64,000 nt of DNA, from IMG/VR virus record IMGVR_UViG_3300021400_000136, positions 16,152 through 80,151 of that record. One strand, written 5' to 3'. Every line of letters begins with the position of its first letter. The first letter of the stretch is position 1. The notes under the pieces were generated by a model. The model saw nothing but the letters and a program-made list of their open reading frames with translations. It was not told where the DNA came from and did no database searches. The stretch is from a virus (Duplodnaviria > Caudoviricetes). Positions 12,001-18,985 of the stretch are shown here, in pieces. The translations under genes were made by a program, and so were the position numbers.

Positions 12001-15000
12001 AGTTCTACGTCTCAGAATGGGCAGAAGACGGAGAGGTTAAAACAAGGGGAATAGCTAAGTACGCAAAGGATCACGGATATGACGGCGCTATAATTAGAAA
12101 CTGTGTTGACATCGGAGAGTATAAGCGTTCCTACGACTACGAAGCGTATTCTACTCCGGCAACTCTGGTGCTATGCTTTGAACAGAATCAGTTCAAAGAC
12201 TATAGAAATACAGAACCTACTGATGGCATTGATTTAAGATTTTCTATTGCCGATACCTATGACGCCTTTGGAGATGAAATCGATGTCCAAGATGGAACAG
12301 TTCTGAATGCAACCAAGTCCACACTTTCTGATCAGCTTTTCTATTCTGAAGACGGTAATACCGCCTACTACCAGCTCGACTCTGGTGAGACGGTGGTTAT
12401 GGAGAACGTAGGGGAAGACTCTCCCGAAGCACGATACATTAATTTCTTGGAGGCAACGAACAATGCCAACAGTACTGACACAACCACAGCAAAACCTTAT
12501 ACGATACCTCCTGCAACTCGGTATGAATCTGATGGATATAATATCGGTGAATCGAATGATGGCCTACGACGAGGAGCGGAAGAAGTTCCTTCGGCGAATC
12601 AAGAAGGAACACTTCGACGTGCAGGAAGTAATGGAGAACGCAATGAACAGAGTCAACCGCAGAGTGAAGAGGCGGAAGGTGTAAGGTTCTCTGCCACTAT
12701 CCCGACAGCTGACGACCCGAACCATCCGACAGCCTTCGTCAACCAGAACGGCGATGTGGTTACCACTGCTGAAGCTTACCCGTACGGATCTATGGAGCGC
12801 ATGATCATCGAGGCATGGAACACTGGTGACTTCAGATCTATTGAGGACCAGATTAACGAAATGCTCGATATCGGCCACGCCAGAGATGAAGTCTTCGATA
12901 TGATGGAAGAGATCGCTGCACAGCCTCTGGGGCTTACTCCTCAGGAGCGCGACGCAGTCTACAGACAGATCGAAGAGATGCGTGTACGGTATGGAACGAT
13001 GCCGTCGGCGAATGTTACGAAGCGGGATGTACATTTCCCAGTAGCTACAGACGACGACACCAAACTGATGAAGGGCGCACAGACCCATGCACAGGAGGCC
13101 GAGACCGAGTGGCTGTCTGAAGAGATCATGGCAGAAGCACTCCGTAACGAGATTCTCTCCTATGTCCCTGCATCTAATAAGTCCTCCATCGAAAAAGCGG
13201 AAGACTATATCAAAGCGAAGAAAGGTAATTACGAAGAGATCGCAAGAGATGTCCACGCTTGGCTGGCATCCGGAGAGCGTGTCAAACCGTGGCAGGTAGC
13301 AGTCGGCGAACTCCTTCTTAAAGAGGTAGAAACCGAAGGCAGAGCAGACCTCGCTATGTCTCTCGTAATAGACCTTACTCTTATGGCCCATGAAACCGGA
13401 CAGGCTCTGCAAGCTTTCGCTATTCTCCGGAAGGCGACTCCGCGTGGACAGCTCTACTATCTGCAAGGTGTTGTTAACCAACTGAATAAAAAGTATGAGA
13501 AACAGATCCGAGAAGGGAAGATGGGCAAGATCGAACTTCCGCAGGATGCTGCGCAGAGAATGCTCGCATGCGAAACACGGCAGGAACTGAATGACGTAGT
13601 CGAGGAAATAAAGGACGAGATCGCGAAAAAGATTCCTGTATCATGGGCTGATCGCTGGAACGCATGGAGATACCTGGCTATGTTGGGTAACCCCAGAACA
13701 CACGTTCGTAACATGCTTGGTAACGGCCTGTTCCGTCCCGCCGTATTTATCAAAGACGTTATCTCCAGAAGACTGGAGGATATAGCAAGTAGGCACGGCA
13801 AGCTGGAAGGTAGGTCTCGTATAGCAGGAGCGAATCTGAAATCCGATACGGAATGGATGCGCTATGCCAACGAAGACTATGAGGAAATGTACAAGATCCT
13901 TGTAGGCGAGGCAACCGGTAATAAGTATGCTGATGCCAACGACATCCTCTCCAGACGAGATCTCTGGGGTAAAGACAAGTGGCTCGGTGGTAAGTTCCTT
14001 GCATGGGCAGACCGTAAGAACAGCGACTTACTTACTAAGGAAGATGCTACATTCCTAAAGAAGTACTACACCAGAGCGTTTGCAGAATTCCTGCAGGCGA
14101 GGGGTGTAACGGAAGAAGATCTCCGTGATAAGAAGTTTGGCGCTACCAAGGCAAATAAGAAGCTCATCAACGAAGCAAGAGCATGGGCAACAATCGAGGC
14201 TCAGAGGAATACCTACCGTGATGCCAATGCAGTAGCTTCCTGGCTTAACTCCATGAAGCGTCAGGGTACTGTTCCTTACACAATCCTCGAAGGTGTTGTT
14301 CCGTTCACCAAGACCCCGATGAACATCCTTGCCCGTGGTATTGAGTACTCTCCGATTGGACTGATTCAGAGCGTACGGCAACTGGCTAAAGATCTTCGTA
14401 GTCCGAGCGAGATGACCACCAGCCAAGCGCTGGATAGACTCGCTGCCGGTATGACCGGTACGATGATCGTTGGCCTCGGCCTGTTCCTCACTGCTATGGG
14501 CTGGCTCCGTGGAAGTGGTGGAGATGATGATAAGAAGAAAGAGTTCGAAGAGCTCATGGGTCATCAGGCATGGTCTCTTGAACTGTTTGGCTACAGCTAC
14601 ACCATCGACTGGATGGCACCGGCTGCACTGCCACTCTTCATTGGCTCCGCTATCTACGATATGCTGGCGACAGAAAGGGAAGAGGAGCTCGGCTTCGAAG
14701 ATATCGTCAAGGCACTGCTTGGTATAGCGGATCCTCTCAGCCAGTTGTCCATGCTGGATGGTATCTCTACTATGCTCTCCAACCTGGCGGATGCACAGGG
14801 GACGGAACAATTCTCCGTATTACTCTGGACTGCACTGACAAGCTATGTTGGACAGGGTATGCCTACACTCCTTGGGCAGGTAGCTAGAACATTCGATCCG
14901 GATAGACGGTCAACGTATATCCAGCCGGGTAGCAAAAACCCGATGCTGCAGCGGTTTATCCAGTCCTCCATACAGGCTAAGATCCCGGGTTGGGAGAACC

Positions 15001-17177
15001 AGAAGATGCGGTATGTGGATAACTGGGGTAGAACAGACTCAGCCAATACACCTTGGGAGAAATTCCTAAAGGGCGTTGAGAACTTCCTTTCACCGGGTTA
15101 TCTGAACAAGATCGAGACCTCCGCTGTTGAGGACGAGCTGATGAGGCTGTACGAAGCAACCGGAGATAAGAACATTCTGCCAGACAGAATGGGTAAGTAC
15201 TTCCAGGTTGACGGAGAACGGAAGAACCTCACAGCAGATGAGTACGAGCAATTGCTCACGGAAAAAGGACAGATGCACTATAACCTTCTGAACGAGGTTA
15301 TGTCCTCTGAGTATTACGCTTCTCTGACTGATGAACAAAAGGCAAAGCTGCTCCTCAACGCTGGAGAATTCTCAAAGAACTACGGCAAGCAGATGGTAGA
15401 TCCAGAGTTCGATATGGACAGCCACTGGATGGATGTAGCAAGGGCAATAGGCCCCGCCGATTATCTGATGATCCAGGATGATCTTTCCCACAACAGGACT
15501 CATGACCAGCTGTTCACCTACCTTGTATCCAATCCGAATCTCAGCTACGATCAGATCGCATATCTCATCGCTGATGAATATGCCGCTCCGGACAAGATTC
15601 CCAGTGTCGGTAACAACGGCTACAACTATGAGATCACTGAGGAAGATGAGGCAGCGATGCAGGAGATCTTCAAAGATCTGGTACATACGCGCCTTGCTGA
15701 ATTAGAGACTGATCCCAGGTATGTTGCAGGCGATGAGTACAAGAAGGGCGATATGATGGACAACCTCTATAATGAAATTAAAGAGGATGTCAAAACAATA
15801 TACGCCGAACAGCTCGATGCATCCGACCGTCCGATGGTACTTGGAAAGGCATCTTCTGTAGGAACCGAGTCCTTTAATATGGTACTCGATCTTACACGTA
15901 ACGAGATCGAAGGAGAGTACAGGGATGACATCGCAGCACAGGCTGGATGGTTAAGCCAGAAGTACCGGGCTGACTCCCAGATCAGTAACCCCGATAGAGA
16001 CGGCTGGGATATCAAGCTCAGTGCTGATGACAAGGACGAGCTGTATGATGAATTCCAGAAAGCTTGGGAGCCTGCATACAGAAAGATGCTTACTGAAGAT
16101 CCTGAGTTCCGCAACGCCACAAGCCGAGCATATCAGGATAAGATGATAGCATCCTTGTTCAATGAAGTTTCCCAGCAGGTAGAAGATGCATACGCTTCTA
16201 AACTGTACAAGTCCGGTAAGGCTGATGAAGTCATCGGCGATCCGAAGGGGACGGCAAAGAAAGACTGGCTGAAGAACTATGAGATTGCCAACGAAGCCTA
16301 CACCAATCCTAAGGATCAGGCAGCGTGGTTAGCAAAGAGATTTACCGGTGCTACCACTTTGGACAACCCCGACAGACCTGGGTACAATATCAAGACGAGC
16401 GATGCACAGCAGGCTCAACTTGCTCAGATCGAACAGGATAGATTCACTGCCGAATATGAAGCAATGAAGAAAGATCCGAAGTTCAAGAGCATGACACCGG
16501 AAGAGCAGGCTATCCAGACATACCAGCTGGCGCAGAACATCATGGATGTCGAAGAGGCCAAATACTCCAGATATCTGCTGGATAGAGGCGCAAAGATCGA
16601 ACAGGCAATCGATACTCAGTGCACGAATTCTGAATACTTCAATATGGTATTCTCAGAAGATCTCACTGATAGCGAACGGTACGACCTGATCGAACAACGC
16701 TATGACAGATATGTTGGTAAGAGTATTCTCAATAACTCCCTCGACTACCTCCAGCAGCACCAACGTGTCGGGTACTACATGGACTACGTACGTGAGAACA
16801 TGTATAAAGTCGCTGGACTTACCGGAGCAGAGGAAGCAGAAGCTTATATCAAGAAGATCCATGAACCGGCGATGAAGGCATCCGGAAATGCGATCAAGGC
16901 AGACTATAATTTAGCCAAGACCACGGCGGAGGCAGATGACGCGGCAAAGATAGCAGCCGGATATAACTACGGTATGCATCTCGGAACGGATCTGAATACT
17001 GTGGCGCCTAACACTACACCGGCGGAGGCTTCGGTAAGACCGAGGAACGGATATGTTATACCTCCTGCGGCTACAGAGAATACGCCAGAAACAAAACAAA
17101 GAACCAACTCTGGACTCGTGATCCCGACAGCTAACGAAGCTGTACAGGACGCATTCAAGTACAGAAGGTTCTGGTAA
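3..17177 (+). CDS. Giant polyvalent virion-associated protein (at least 5,724 aa, 5'-truncated by the window edge); contains an HExxH zincin, duplicated unknown domains, LPD3-like domains, ParB-like and ART-like domains, and a conserved internal-virion-type C-terminal region
   Basis: ORF track 102..17177; the same frame is open from position 3 (EESYDKRQFK...), so the true start lies upstream. Motifs: HEYMH (6087-6101), GHEGRHR (10773-10793), YHGT (11169-11180), and C-terminal WRYLAMLGNPRTHVRN / PFTKTPMNI / YTIDWMAP blocks typical of large phage polyvalent proteins. Confidence 0.9.
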   Translation, partial: EESYDKRQFKAPPIPIFSTEATREEQRLADLQIMRQAIQGARDAAQYKNDEIMFGRKYIGQDNTIAAWDAAEAALEANAPTADSTPEEKAAYNHERRYIQERIDACEYKAFVDEYADVSDSDIRQELFEMRFGNGETTTEDSADTNDTAHNLLTAKSAYDAAEEAFNEIAETARPTSAEYLDAYQAMKEAEAAYAEALQLAKDESKLDVGEIFDFSAFADILSGAPEENELSAEEQKRAEYLQRLLQDREISAIQEEIKSYEKDYPDGTAMRHWAEDIELDVEKKEAALLDAQTEAGKLDAEAYQYATVDAHSTENHTPEEAAQKAQEAKDAHNRALIAEQELAEAKGKLALVQALNQTSIRSEADYAEQVAKGKEMAGDIAQYKEAIDTAMDVGLDRKPAVDALVTQFGLTQEDAEKYVDMYFTLDEKERAVLFPNVDGVEEEEQGWLGKWWDKVTRSPYLGEKEVGKFTDEELNDFYYHLAKEGASAAAQYAMGVNNAYRNEYNDLAKERFMQLQNYRAGHNGKFQTAVEAAMMPVGNFALNLTALPEAISNFIQAEKLGMSVAPTDPTNSQLAEWAQESSSRQVTAMLPNFKPAEFLYNTYNSIVNSALSLATFSALGSALGLTDDIVIGGKGALQAFVSAATDLEFFGSAAASRYRELLEQGVDPQKAGWASVYSGLAEAMFEHFSIENLYHAKGVADWHNALDWAWHTACSAGVEGSEELFTNWANRLGDALYLKEDNPFNDSVDAYIAQGFEEDQALRFAMHDLLKEDALSFLGGAISGGVNAGSSSMMEWQIDKNKLADFRASQGKNFNIDLPNGKKASQELGTYLWNHEFIRPGDEHLFNEGQRNTVEEIKDLAWKASEGKASDEEIGRLQYLTAQFDSKVLDDFALANKDWYGRVEPMRLVQVSQEALNKLLGPENAQKYLEAVRANPHAKVENDFSLGLQQAVPNMGSNEASEVAGFLERIFTGSDRTTPEDIAKVLDSELLSSPEAQMYLWNYLKDKVPTDTPAIEVAAPAEPSGLTPSAEWAGQNVKREPSPIKPASQMETDSGTEAADREPTPIPSAEQAAENEKSREEAEAKAREEIQNPFIPIMQSIGMDPNITSENVGEALKNLLTTTWERAKEAAYQNQILKNGLSDTNRKLNDMQHEAAEQQTRDRLNRAPKGIKTDALAQYRDDSDSITFGNNTTTRKEFVEAYMKGYDPFNDKEIKGPKDEKAANRAFDRILLNSTTKDGLPLEGVKASMKNYDLSLRKAIVSDTKKGTGEPKDLERNGEPKAQEPASGKLNVQTPTDNSADMKEGTATGTEVTRNGEPDQTEPTDSKLNVQNPTDDSADMKDGTGTGTEVTRKGEPEQTEPTGGKLNVQTPADTSSDTTTGQTSVDGSELSRTEKPAEETPVEDQTTEEVAPDKAQQFLDYLQVMMQQTGEMTDEEFNALFGGATDTILDALVGREPANDFERRVIDAATREMDRRTSEDQTMAQQDEAPASAETSDFKTDDNLFATNGKEDKSWRSWDDTINNPDSNDDEIITRAEFVERAMNGVGKIKPMTFAEANDLFDDLAYIDEHDSDTNTDYGKKGSNPMYSAGGASTGASVATGSELNMKPVTYSASDVPGLVELGRTSYSPSNRTISSSDRSWGDAISNEYGKTITRAEFVAAAMSGQNLYSGTRMPTISGVAANDLFDDIVDNKIAYGGYADRTNNGYSITDATVTADMLNAPGFVGAMANTLAILEAEMRSASDTSNQKLAPFMKRVDLARKQLEGLLGRSVSDAATEVTDVRNQINTRLAEINNRLEVLMSRSDQNKIGYLVDLKEMSQLRAERQKLMTQTFRLGQAEAKYTKALDRLNSARNRMYSNDYYSYIGGKLYGGPAGTRGLTGRNNDVAQSRSGGSVTGSAGGSAQSVQGNAGTVSEQTFKTVEEILSAGGLTLRGKVLFDSAGMSPQEIANAKIPLSLRNSILHAMRNGVGRVVLTDGDLLNGKSYINEKGKEVEQTVGGFYDTLMDGGTERSVIVLHKDSFTEKNIQHEYMHHMLRKMSERQKRGFLTSAIRTMFGSRQDLFEELFDSYKIDYAIAHGRVIDENGRVDEDLAYIIYEEMVADFYAGLNRFKTPEMAEAMGPLVREMRVSLYNYCERLGLEDYARSKWINREYTPKEGTLDIRRTGRATAPYEQQFKERTESDNELAKGEHRFNPERNAYEARFSLANTMGGIYDTYGVDINTAEDSRLDELARQIDEEYEAAQKEQADIRSTWTDKDYADLTPDEYWARYHEWNEQSGIDAVKRRVDTLGSYSRAISKEKAWRAIDPEALIQKAKDIYGTTDDFRKSGYILPDGTMLDMSQGANKRTLFHHETAQEVLFALKYPASDAIEKFVGRGGAIRIDVDSDGIDIPQSGMTPAQYETLRDFLSDFIATEDYDRAAFYVSTFGKNLGTSERFNPSNTTQILNAIRQYYDTGSFPKQSTTQQFYGRYSLANTEAVSLDELQTARDEMLDLRQQLRDRKADVDEWSRRIMAGEAEIDDYNKWLSDSGYNRLYMQEREASKRYNDLNRAYDEQQESANAEAEQNAIEQSGLSEADYFGKEAVKVFGYTPYFYDAGYITPNGRMLNFSGEKGKHYGSRGQDHRSIGQIFAVTSGTEAMNRFISYGNIRIMAEAPGLDISANIEPTAEQYSRIRDFARSARDEDYFSIDITGEDGRVIDTIEYESVNPAKIVNDLKNYYRTGEVPQQSVTAQFHASFSLVGVSDDGMEVYETSQAVKDMTREERMDAFEARMANEFRGRTARFERNGHIYYAKFDSTGVSKNIYGDDKSDQSGWRAKIRAGADGDIFDLIENSTYNGSSAEKSGKKGKAHNKTQRWDYFIKKVQIDGIVYDLTANVRRKNDDFVYNIQLNRDINTKPATSYSPLPKAGFNQDIAGTDNVSQNGSTVKYSKQEHPNARYSLCAFEDGTKFVNVETDQEQFDGLTDKEKRDLAEKIIKERFSGRIIGETNKAFVNSQTAREYAYPSKRLTDSGVLDAKMRASTELDNLLEAGSNFRTAPDGADGHTHPDAVGGFTYFDTLFKVGEEFYKGLVNIKNNAKGALLVDITKIENVTKDTYNSYGKNPKFVFLNDVSNDIKSQNNPNVKNQNESEPSYSIAVSDPDTLDFLNDQLENGDVVYTYKSFLEYEDENGDPYLIAPMAGVQKDETGKKSQSHALRPGVWEESVGNPNSKSLGKKVNDKTGEVSWTYGLEKSDVDGSVVPAAYNPYQHSSDVVLNDQFSIAYKRPNLVTYMCAIPKSELTSGYHFGVTDPEKATRSDGDIVTAKDAVGMHDWKSGSLASQLENTQRHVYLSRWLMPVRKLSNIEVAQQYKEILDREAPGLGVPFNVVPSGLLSALQEVGVPIDLTGTGLSEANYRKYLSEVNAAREEAGLEPFPYSYQTKAERDAAKKERKNASKRFSISGDNLDNLDDLLMDYDLSDLGRIVSDTFGSTFETEEDEMPPELPYEQQRPRRSVENPTHNPTAYLKPETLNAWLSGRGFADTGNPNYAQAYIGWMNPEDFLYLTTSTYDYEDNRVRAEGYYGDLEDISSRAQRGREADTIHLSIDSETGRVYGHEGRHRMAYLQSLGVERVPVLFFDSGNKYDKEIMEDYTLSGEQRPGKKVTLDNPLIPLSNGYRGLVENEFVKGEEQDNDLQTARFSITDDSNADGYTLSDIDSTGRELTDEQYYYFRNSKVVDEDGHLIPLYHGTNAFGFTEIDFDKADDGISFFLTDSPEVAGSYTRNNTVRSLFDKQRQRRAIDVSKLSDEDLASLFSQVSIPYFESATVSKFEDVLRTFTGPLNAAKMRYASFFEEELLPSREDLGLTETDLAFYDALKGNSTSVESIIDLLDRADKFYYSLRKKIWDTDESYIWDEMRSLQPQLQTAASQAQRFLADHNSAGVSLEDNVFITDPGSKNFYTREQIERLTGRRQEEEELGRNSAGIYKGYANLTNPFIVDANGAEWNQIPVDQEVVDYLKALNSPEFYVSEWAEDGEVKTRGIAKYAKDHGYDGAIIRNCVDIGEYKRSYDYEAYSTPATLVLCFEQNQFKDYRNTEPTDGIDLRFSIADTYDAFGDEIDVQDGTVLNATKSTLSDQLFYSEDGNTAYYQLDSGETVVMENVGEDSPEARYINFLEATNNANSTDTTTAKPYTIPPATRYESDGYNIGESNDGLRRGAEEVPSANQEGTLRRAGSNGERNEQSQPQSEEAEGVRFSATIPTADDPNHPTAFVNQNGDVVTTAEAYPYGSMERMIIEAWNTGDFRSIEDQINEMLDIGHARDEVFDMMEEIAAQPLGLTPQERDAVYRQIEEMRVRYGTMPSANVTKRDVHFPVATDDDTKLMKGAQTHAQEAETEWLSEEIMAEALRNEILSYVPASNKSSIEKAEDYIKAKKGNYEEIARDVHAWLASGERVKPWQVAVGELLLKEVETEGRADLAMSLVIDLTLMAHETGQALQAFAILRKATPRGQLYYLQGVVNQLNKKYEKQIREGKMGKIELPQDAAQRMLACETRQELNDVVEEIKDEIAKKIPVSWADRWNAWRYLAMLGNPRTHVRNMLGNGLFRPAVFIKDVISRRLEDIASRHGKLEGRSRIAGANLKSDTEWMRYANEDYEEMYKILVGEATGNKYADANDILSRRDLWGKDKWLGGKFLAWADRKNSDLLTKEDATFLKKYYTRAFAEFLQARGVTEEDLRDKKFGATKANKKLINEARAWATIEAQRNTYRDANAVASWLNSMKRQGTVPYTILEGVVPFTKTPMNILARGIEYSPIGLIQSVRQLAKDLRSPSEMTTSQALDRLAAGMTGTMIVGLGLFLTAMGWLRGSGGDDDKKKEFEELMGHQAWSLELFGYSYTIDWMAPAALPLFIGSAIYDMLATEREEELGFEDIVKALLGIADPLSQLSMLDGISTMLSNLADAQGTEQFSVLLWTALTSYVGQGMPTLLGQVARTFDPDRRSTYIQPGSKNPMLQRFIQSSIQAKIPGWENQKMRYVDNWGRTDSANTPWEKFLKGVENFLSPGYLNKIETSAVEDELMRLYEATGDKNILPDRMGKYFQVDGERKNLTADEYEQLLTEKGQMHYNLLNEVMSSEYYASLTDEQKAKLLLNAGEFSKNYGKQMVDPEFDMDSHWMDVARAIGPADYLMIQDDLSHNRTHDQLFTYLVSNPNLSYDQIAYLIADEYAAPDKIPSVGNNGYNYEITEEDEAAMQEIFKDLVHTRLAELETDPRYVAGDEYKKGDMMDNLYNEIKEDVKTIYAEQLDASDRPMVLGKASSVGTESFNMVLDLTRNEIEGEYRDDIAAQAGWLSQKYRADSQISNPDRDGWDIKLSADDKDELYDEFQKAWEPAYRKMLTEDPEFRNATSRAYQDKMIASLFNEVSQQVEDAYASKLYKSGKADEVIGDPKGTAKKDWLKNYEIANEAYTNPKDQAAWLAKRFTGATTLDNPDRPGYNIKTSDAQQAQLAQIEQDRFTAEYEAMKKDPKFKSMTPEEQAIQTYQLAQNIMDVEEAKYSRYLLDRGAKIEQAIDTQCTNSEYFNMVFSEDLTDSERYDLIEQRYDRYVGKSILNNSLDYLQQHQRVGYYMDYVRENMYKVAGLTGAEEAEAYIKKIHEPAMKASGNAIKADYNLAKTTAEADDAAKIAAGYNYGMHLGTDLNTVAPNTTPAEASVRPRNGYVIPPAATENTPETKQRTNSGLVIPTANEAVQDAFKYRRFW
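3828..4128 (+). repeat. In-frame 114-bp (38-aa) tandem repeat, about 2.6 copies, inside the giant gene
   Basis: AAGCTTAATG recurs at 3870, 3984 and 4098; protein unit approximately EVTRxGEPxQTEPTxxKLNVQxPTDxSADMKxGTxTGT. Confidence 0.9.
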
Positions 17178-17183
17178 AACGAC

Positions 17184-17228
17184 AAAACCCCCTACTACCG
17201 TAATAAGTAGTAGGGGGTATCTTTTTTT
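17184..17228. terminator. Bidirectional intrinsic terminator between the convergent late (+) and early/middle (-) operons
   Basis: Stem ACCCCCTACTAC (17187-17198) / GTAGTAGGGGGT (17207-17218), A-run before and T7 run after. Confidence 0.85.
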
Positions 17229-17242
17229 AGGATAATCGCGCC

Positions 17243-17413
17243 TTAATGCCACTCCGCTCGGAGGAAGTTTCGCTGTGCAGAACGTATGTCTTCGACAAGG
17301 CATTCCAGCTCAGCTTTCTCATTGTAATCGGTTAACTTATTTCGAAGCGCATCTAATTTCTTTTCAGCTTTTTCCAAGGTTCTAAACAAAGTTAGTATAT
17401 CAAGAGTTGTCAT
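17243..17413 (-). CDS. Small hypothetical protein
   Basis: ORF track 17243..17440; start moved to MTTLDIL, which follows an AGAGGA RBS. Confidence 0.6.
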   Translation of the reverse strand: MTTLDILTLFRTLEKAEKKLDALRNKLTDYNEKAELECLVEDIRSAQRNFLRAEWH

Positions 17414-17625
17414 GTTTCCTCTCCTTGTTTCCACTCGCAATTCAGAAACTTATGTAATGCCTCAGCAGCGGCATCACTTCTATCTTGCGCGTCATATACT
17501 TGAAATTTATTTTCTGTTATGGGGTTCTCTCTGTATCTTTTGAAAGCCAATATAGCCTGACGGTCACTTATCTCTAACTCCTTATACAAGTGTTGCCATT
17601 TTCTTACTATATCTTTTGTCTTCAT
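17410..17625 (-). CDS. Small hypothetical protein
   Basis: ORF in operon orientation, coupled to its neighbours. Confidence 0.6.
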   Translation of the reverse strand: MKTKDIVRKWQHLYKELEISDRQAILAFKRYRENPITENKFQVYDAQDRSDAAAEALHKFLNCEWKQGEET

Positions 17626-17628
17626 TCT

Positions 17629-18249
17629 TTACTCCGTGATCAATTCAGAGGAGGGAAGTGTCTCTAATTTTGCACAGAACTTATGCCAATCACCGAGTTT
17701 GTGGTCCTTCCTTGCGTGGTAGATATGCCGTAGTACCTGGTAGTTTCCACTCCATGTACGGAGCTGCATAAAGGACTGGGGGAGAAACTCATTAGCTTCG
17801 GCAAAGATATCAGCCTTCTTATCCGGATCTTTCTCTGCTAAGTACTGGCCCCTTAATGTGTTCAGATGTGCCAGTATATTGTCCTGCACATACATAGGGG
17901 TGTGGTCGAAAGAGAAATCATCCACGGTAAACGGATCAGCAAGGAGTCTGTGCATGGTCGAAGTGGAGTCTGTTACCGTTCCTACCTTGTATTGGTCCAT
18001 TTGTTTCCACCAGTAGAGAGGCGCGGTTATATCCATGATAACCGGTAACATACGCATGAACTTGCCATGATCATCGCCAGCATGTGCTAGGCGTTTCATC
18101 AGTGTGTAATCTTGTTCACCTATGTAGTATTCGCTTTCTCCCCATTTGCTGTCGGACTTATGCCAGCTGTTGAACGGGTTTCTGCAGCCAGCAACAACTG
18201 TCGCCCATTGATACTGGCTCGGTGTTATTATGTTCTCAACTATTATCAT
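17629..18249 (-). CDS. ThyX (flavin-dependent thymidylate synthase)-like phage protein
   Basis: Motifs GCRNPFNSW, DHGKFMR, ITAPLYWWKQMDQYKVG, STSTMH and RKDHKLGDW, recognised from the divergent phage ThyX-like family. Confidence 0.55.
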   Translation of the reverse strand: MIIVENIITPSQYQWATVVAGCRNPFNSWHKSDSKWGESEYYIGEQDYTLMKRLAHAGDDHGKFMRMLPVIMDITAPLYWWKQMDQYKVGTVTDSTSTMHRLLADPFTVDDFSFDHTPMYVQDNILAHLNTLRGQYLAEKDPDKKADIFAEANEFLPQSFMQLRTWSGNYQVLRHIYHARKDHKLGDWHKFCAKLETLPSSELITE

Positions 18250-18261
18250 TTTTCTTTTACC

Positions 18262-18444
18262 TCAACCCCAATTCCCGCAATTATAGGCCTCGTCCTCTTT
18301 CTGCTGCAAATATACAATATGAAGGGTTTGGAGCGCCTTAACGAGACCTTCGTAATTCCACATAGATTCTTCTGGCTCCAATTCCATCTCTGCCAGATGA
18401 TCCACTACTCTCTCAATTTGTGTGTAAATCTTATCACTCAGCAT
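18262..18444 (-). CDS. Small hypothetical protein
   Basis: ORF in operon orientation. Confidence 0.55.
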   Translation of the reverse strand: MLSDKIYTQIERVVDHLAEMELEPEESMWNYEGLVKALQTLHIVYLQQKEDEAYNCGNWG

Positions 18445-18615
18445 TTTCTTTTACCTCTATCATTGAATTAGGATGCCTAGGGAAAAACATTTCTGTTTCT
18501 ACCCGTGGAATCTCATATATACGGACTTGGCATTCGCTCCACGGGTAGAACATCTCGTCTATTTCCGGATGGTCTTCCAGGATTTCTAAAAACTTCTCGT
18601 ATAAATTCTCCATAT

Positions 18616-18801
18616 CTACCTTGTGCCTAAATAGATTGCGATGCTAACCAGGATCAGAAGCAGGAGCGCAATCCAGATAGGGGAGAGCACCCAGACCCAT
18701 GACCAAGTGATTACGTTCATAAGTTTTAATGCAATAAATAAGAGGGTTAGTAGTCCAGCGAAGCCAACGCTGCCCCCAGTGTTTGAATTGTTATTGTTCA
18801 T
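18616..18801 (-). CDS. Small membrane protein (two hydrophobic segments)
   Basis: MNNNNSNTGGSVGFAGLLTLLFIALKL...WSWVWVLSPIWI; start placed after an AGAGGAG RBS. Confidence 0.65.
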   Translation of the reverse strand: MNNNNSNTGGSVGFAGLLTLLFIALKLMNVITWSWVWVLSPIWIALLLLILVSIAIYLGTR

Positions 18802-18985
18802 TTTCGTTCTCCTCTTCATTATCGATCCAACTCCATTCGCTTGAGTTATCACCTGTCCATATTGACATTTGTTGTTTCCTTTCAGATGAATTGCTCCAGT
18901 TAATCTGAAAGGAAATGTGCCAACAGCATAATCATTGCAGGCGATATAGCAAGCAAAATTGATTTAATGTTAATCATAACTGCTC

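Noticed and set aside
1-17303. Many alternative-frame and antisense ORFs over the giant gene (for example 1..357, 666..1445, 12564..13481)
   Set aside because: Shadow ORFs of a long coding sequence, with no RBS or recognisable motifs.
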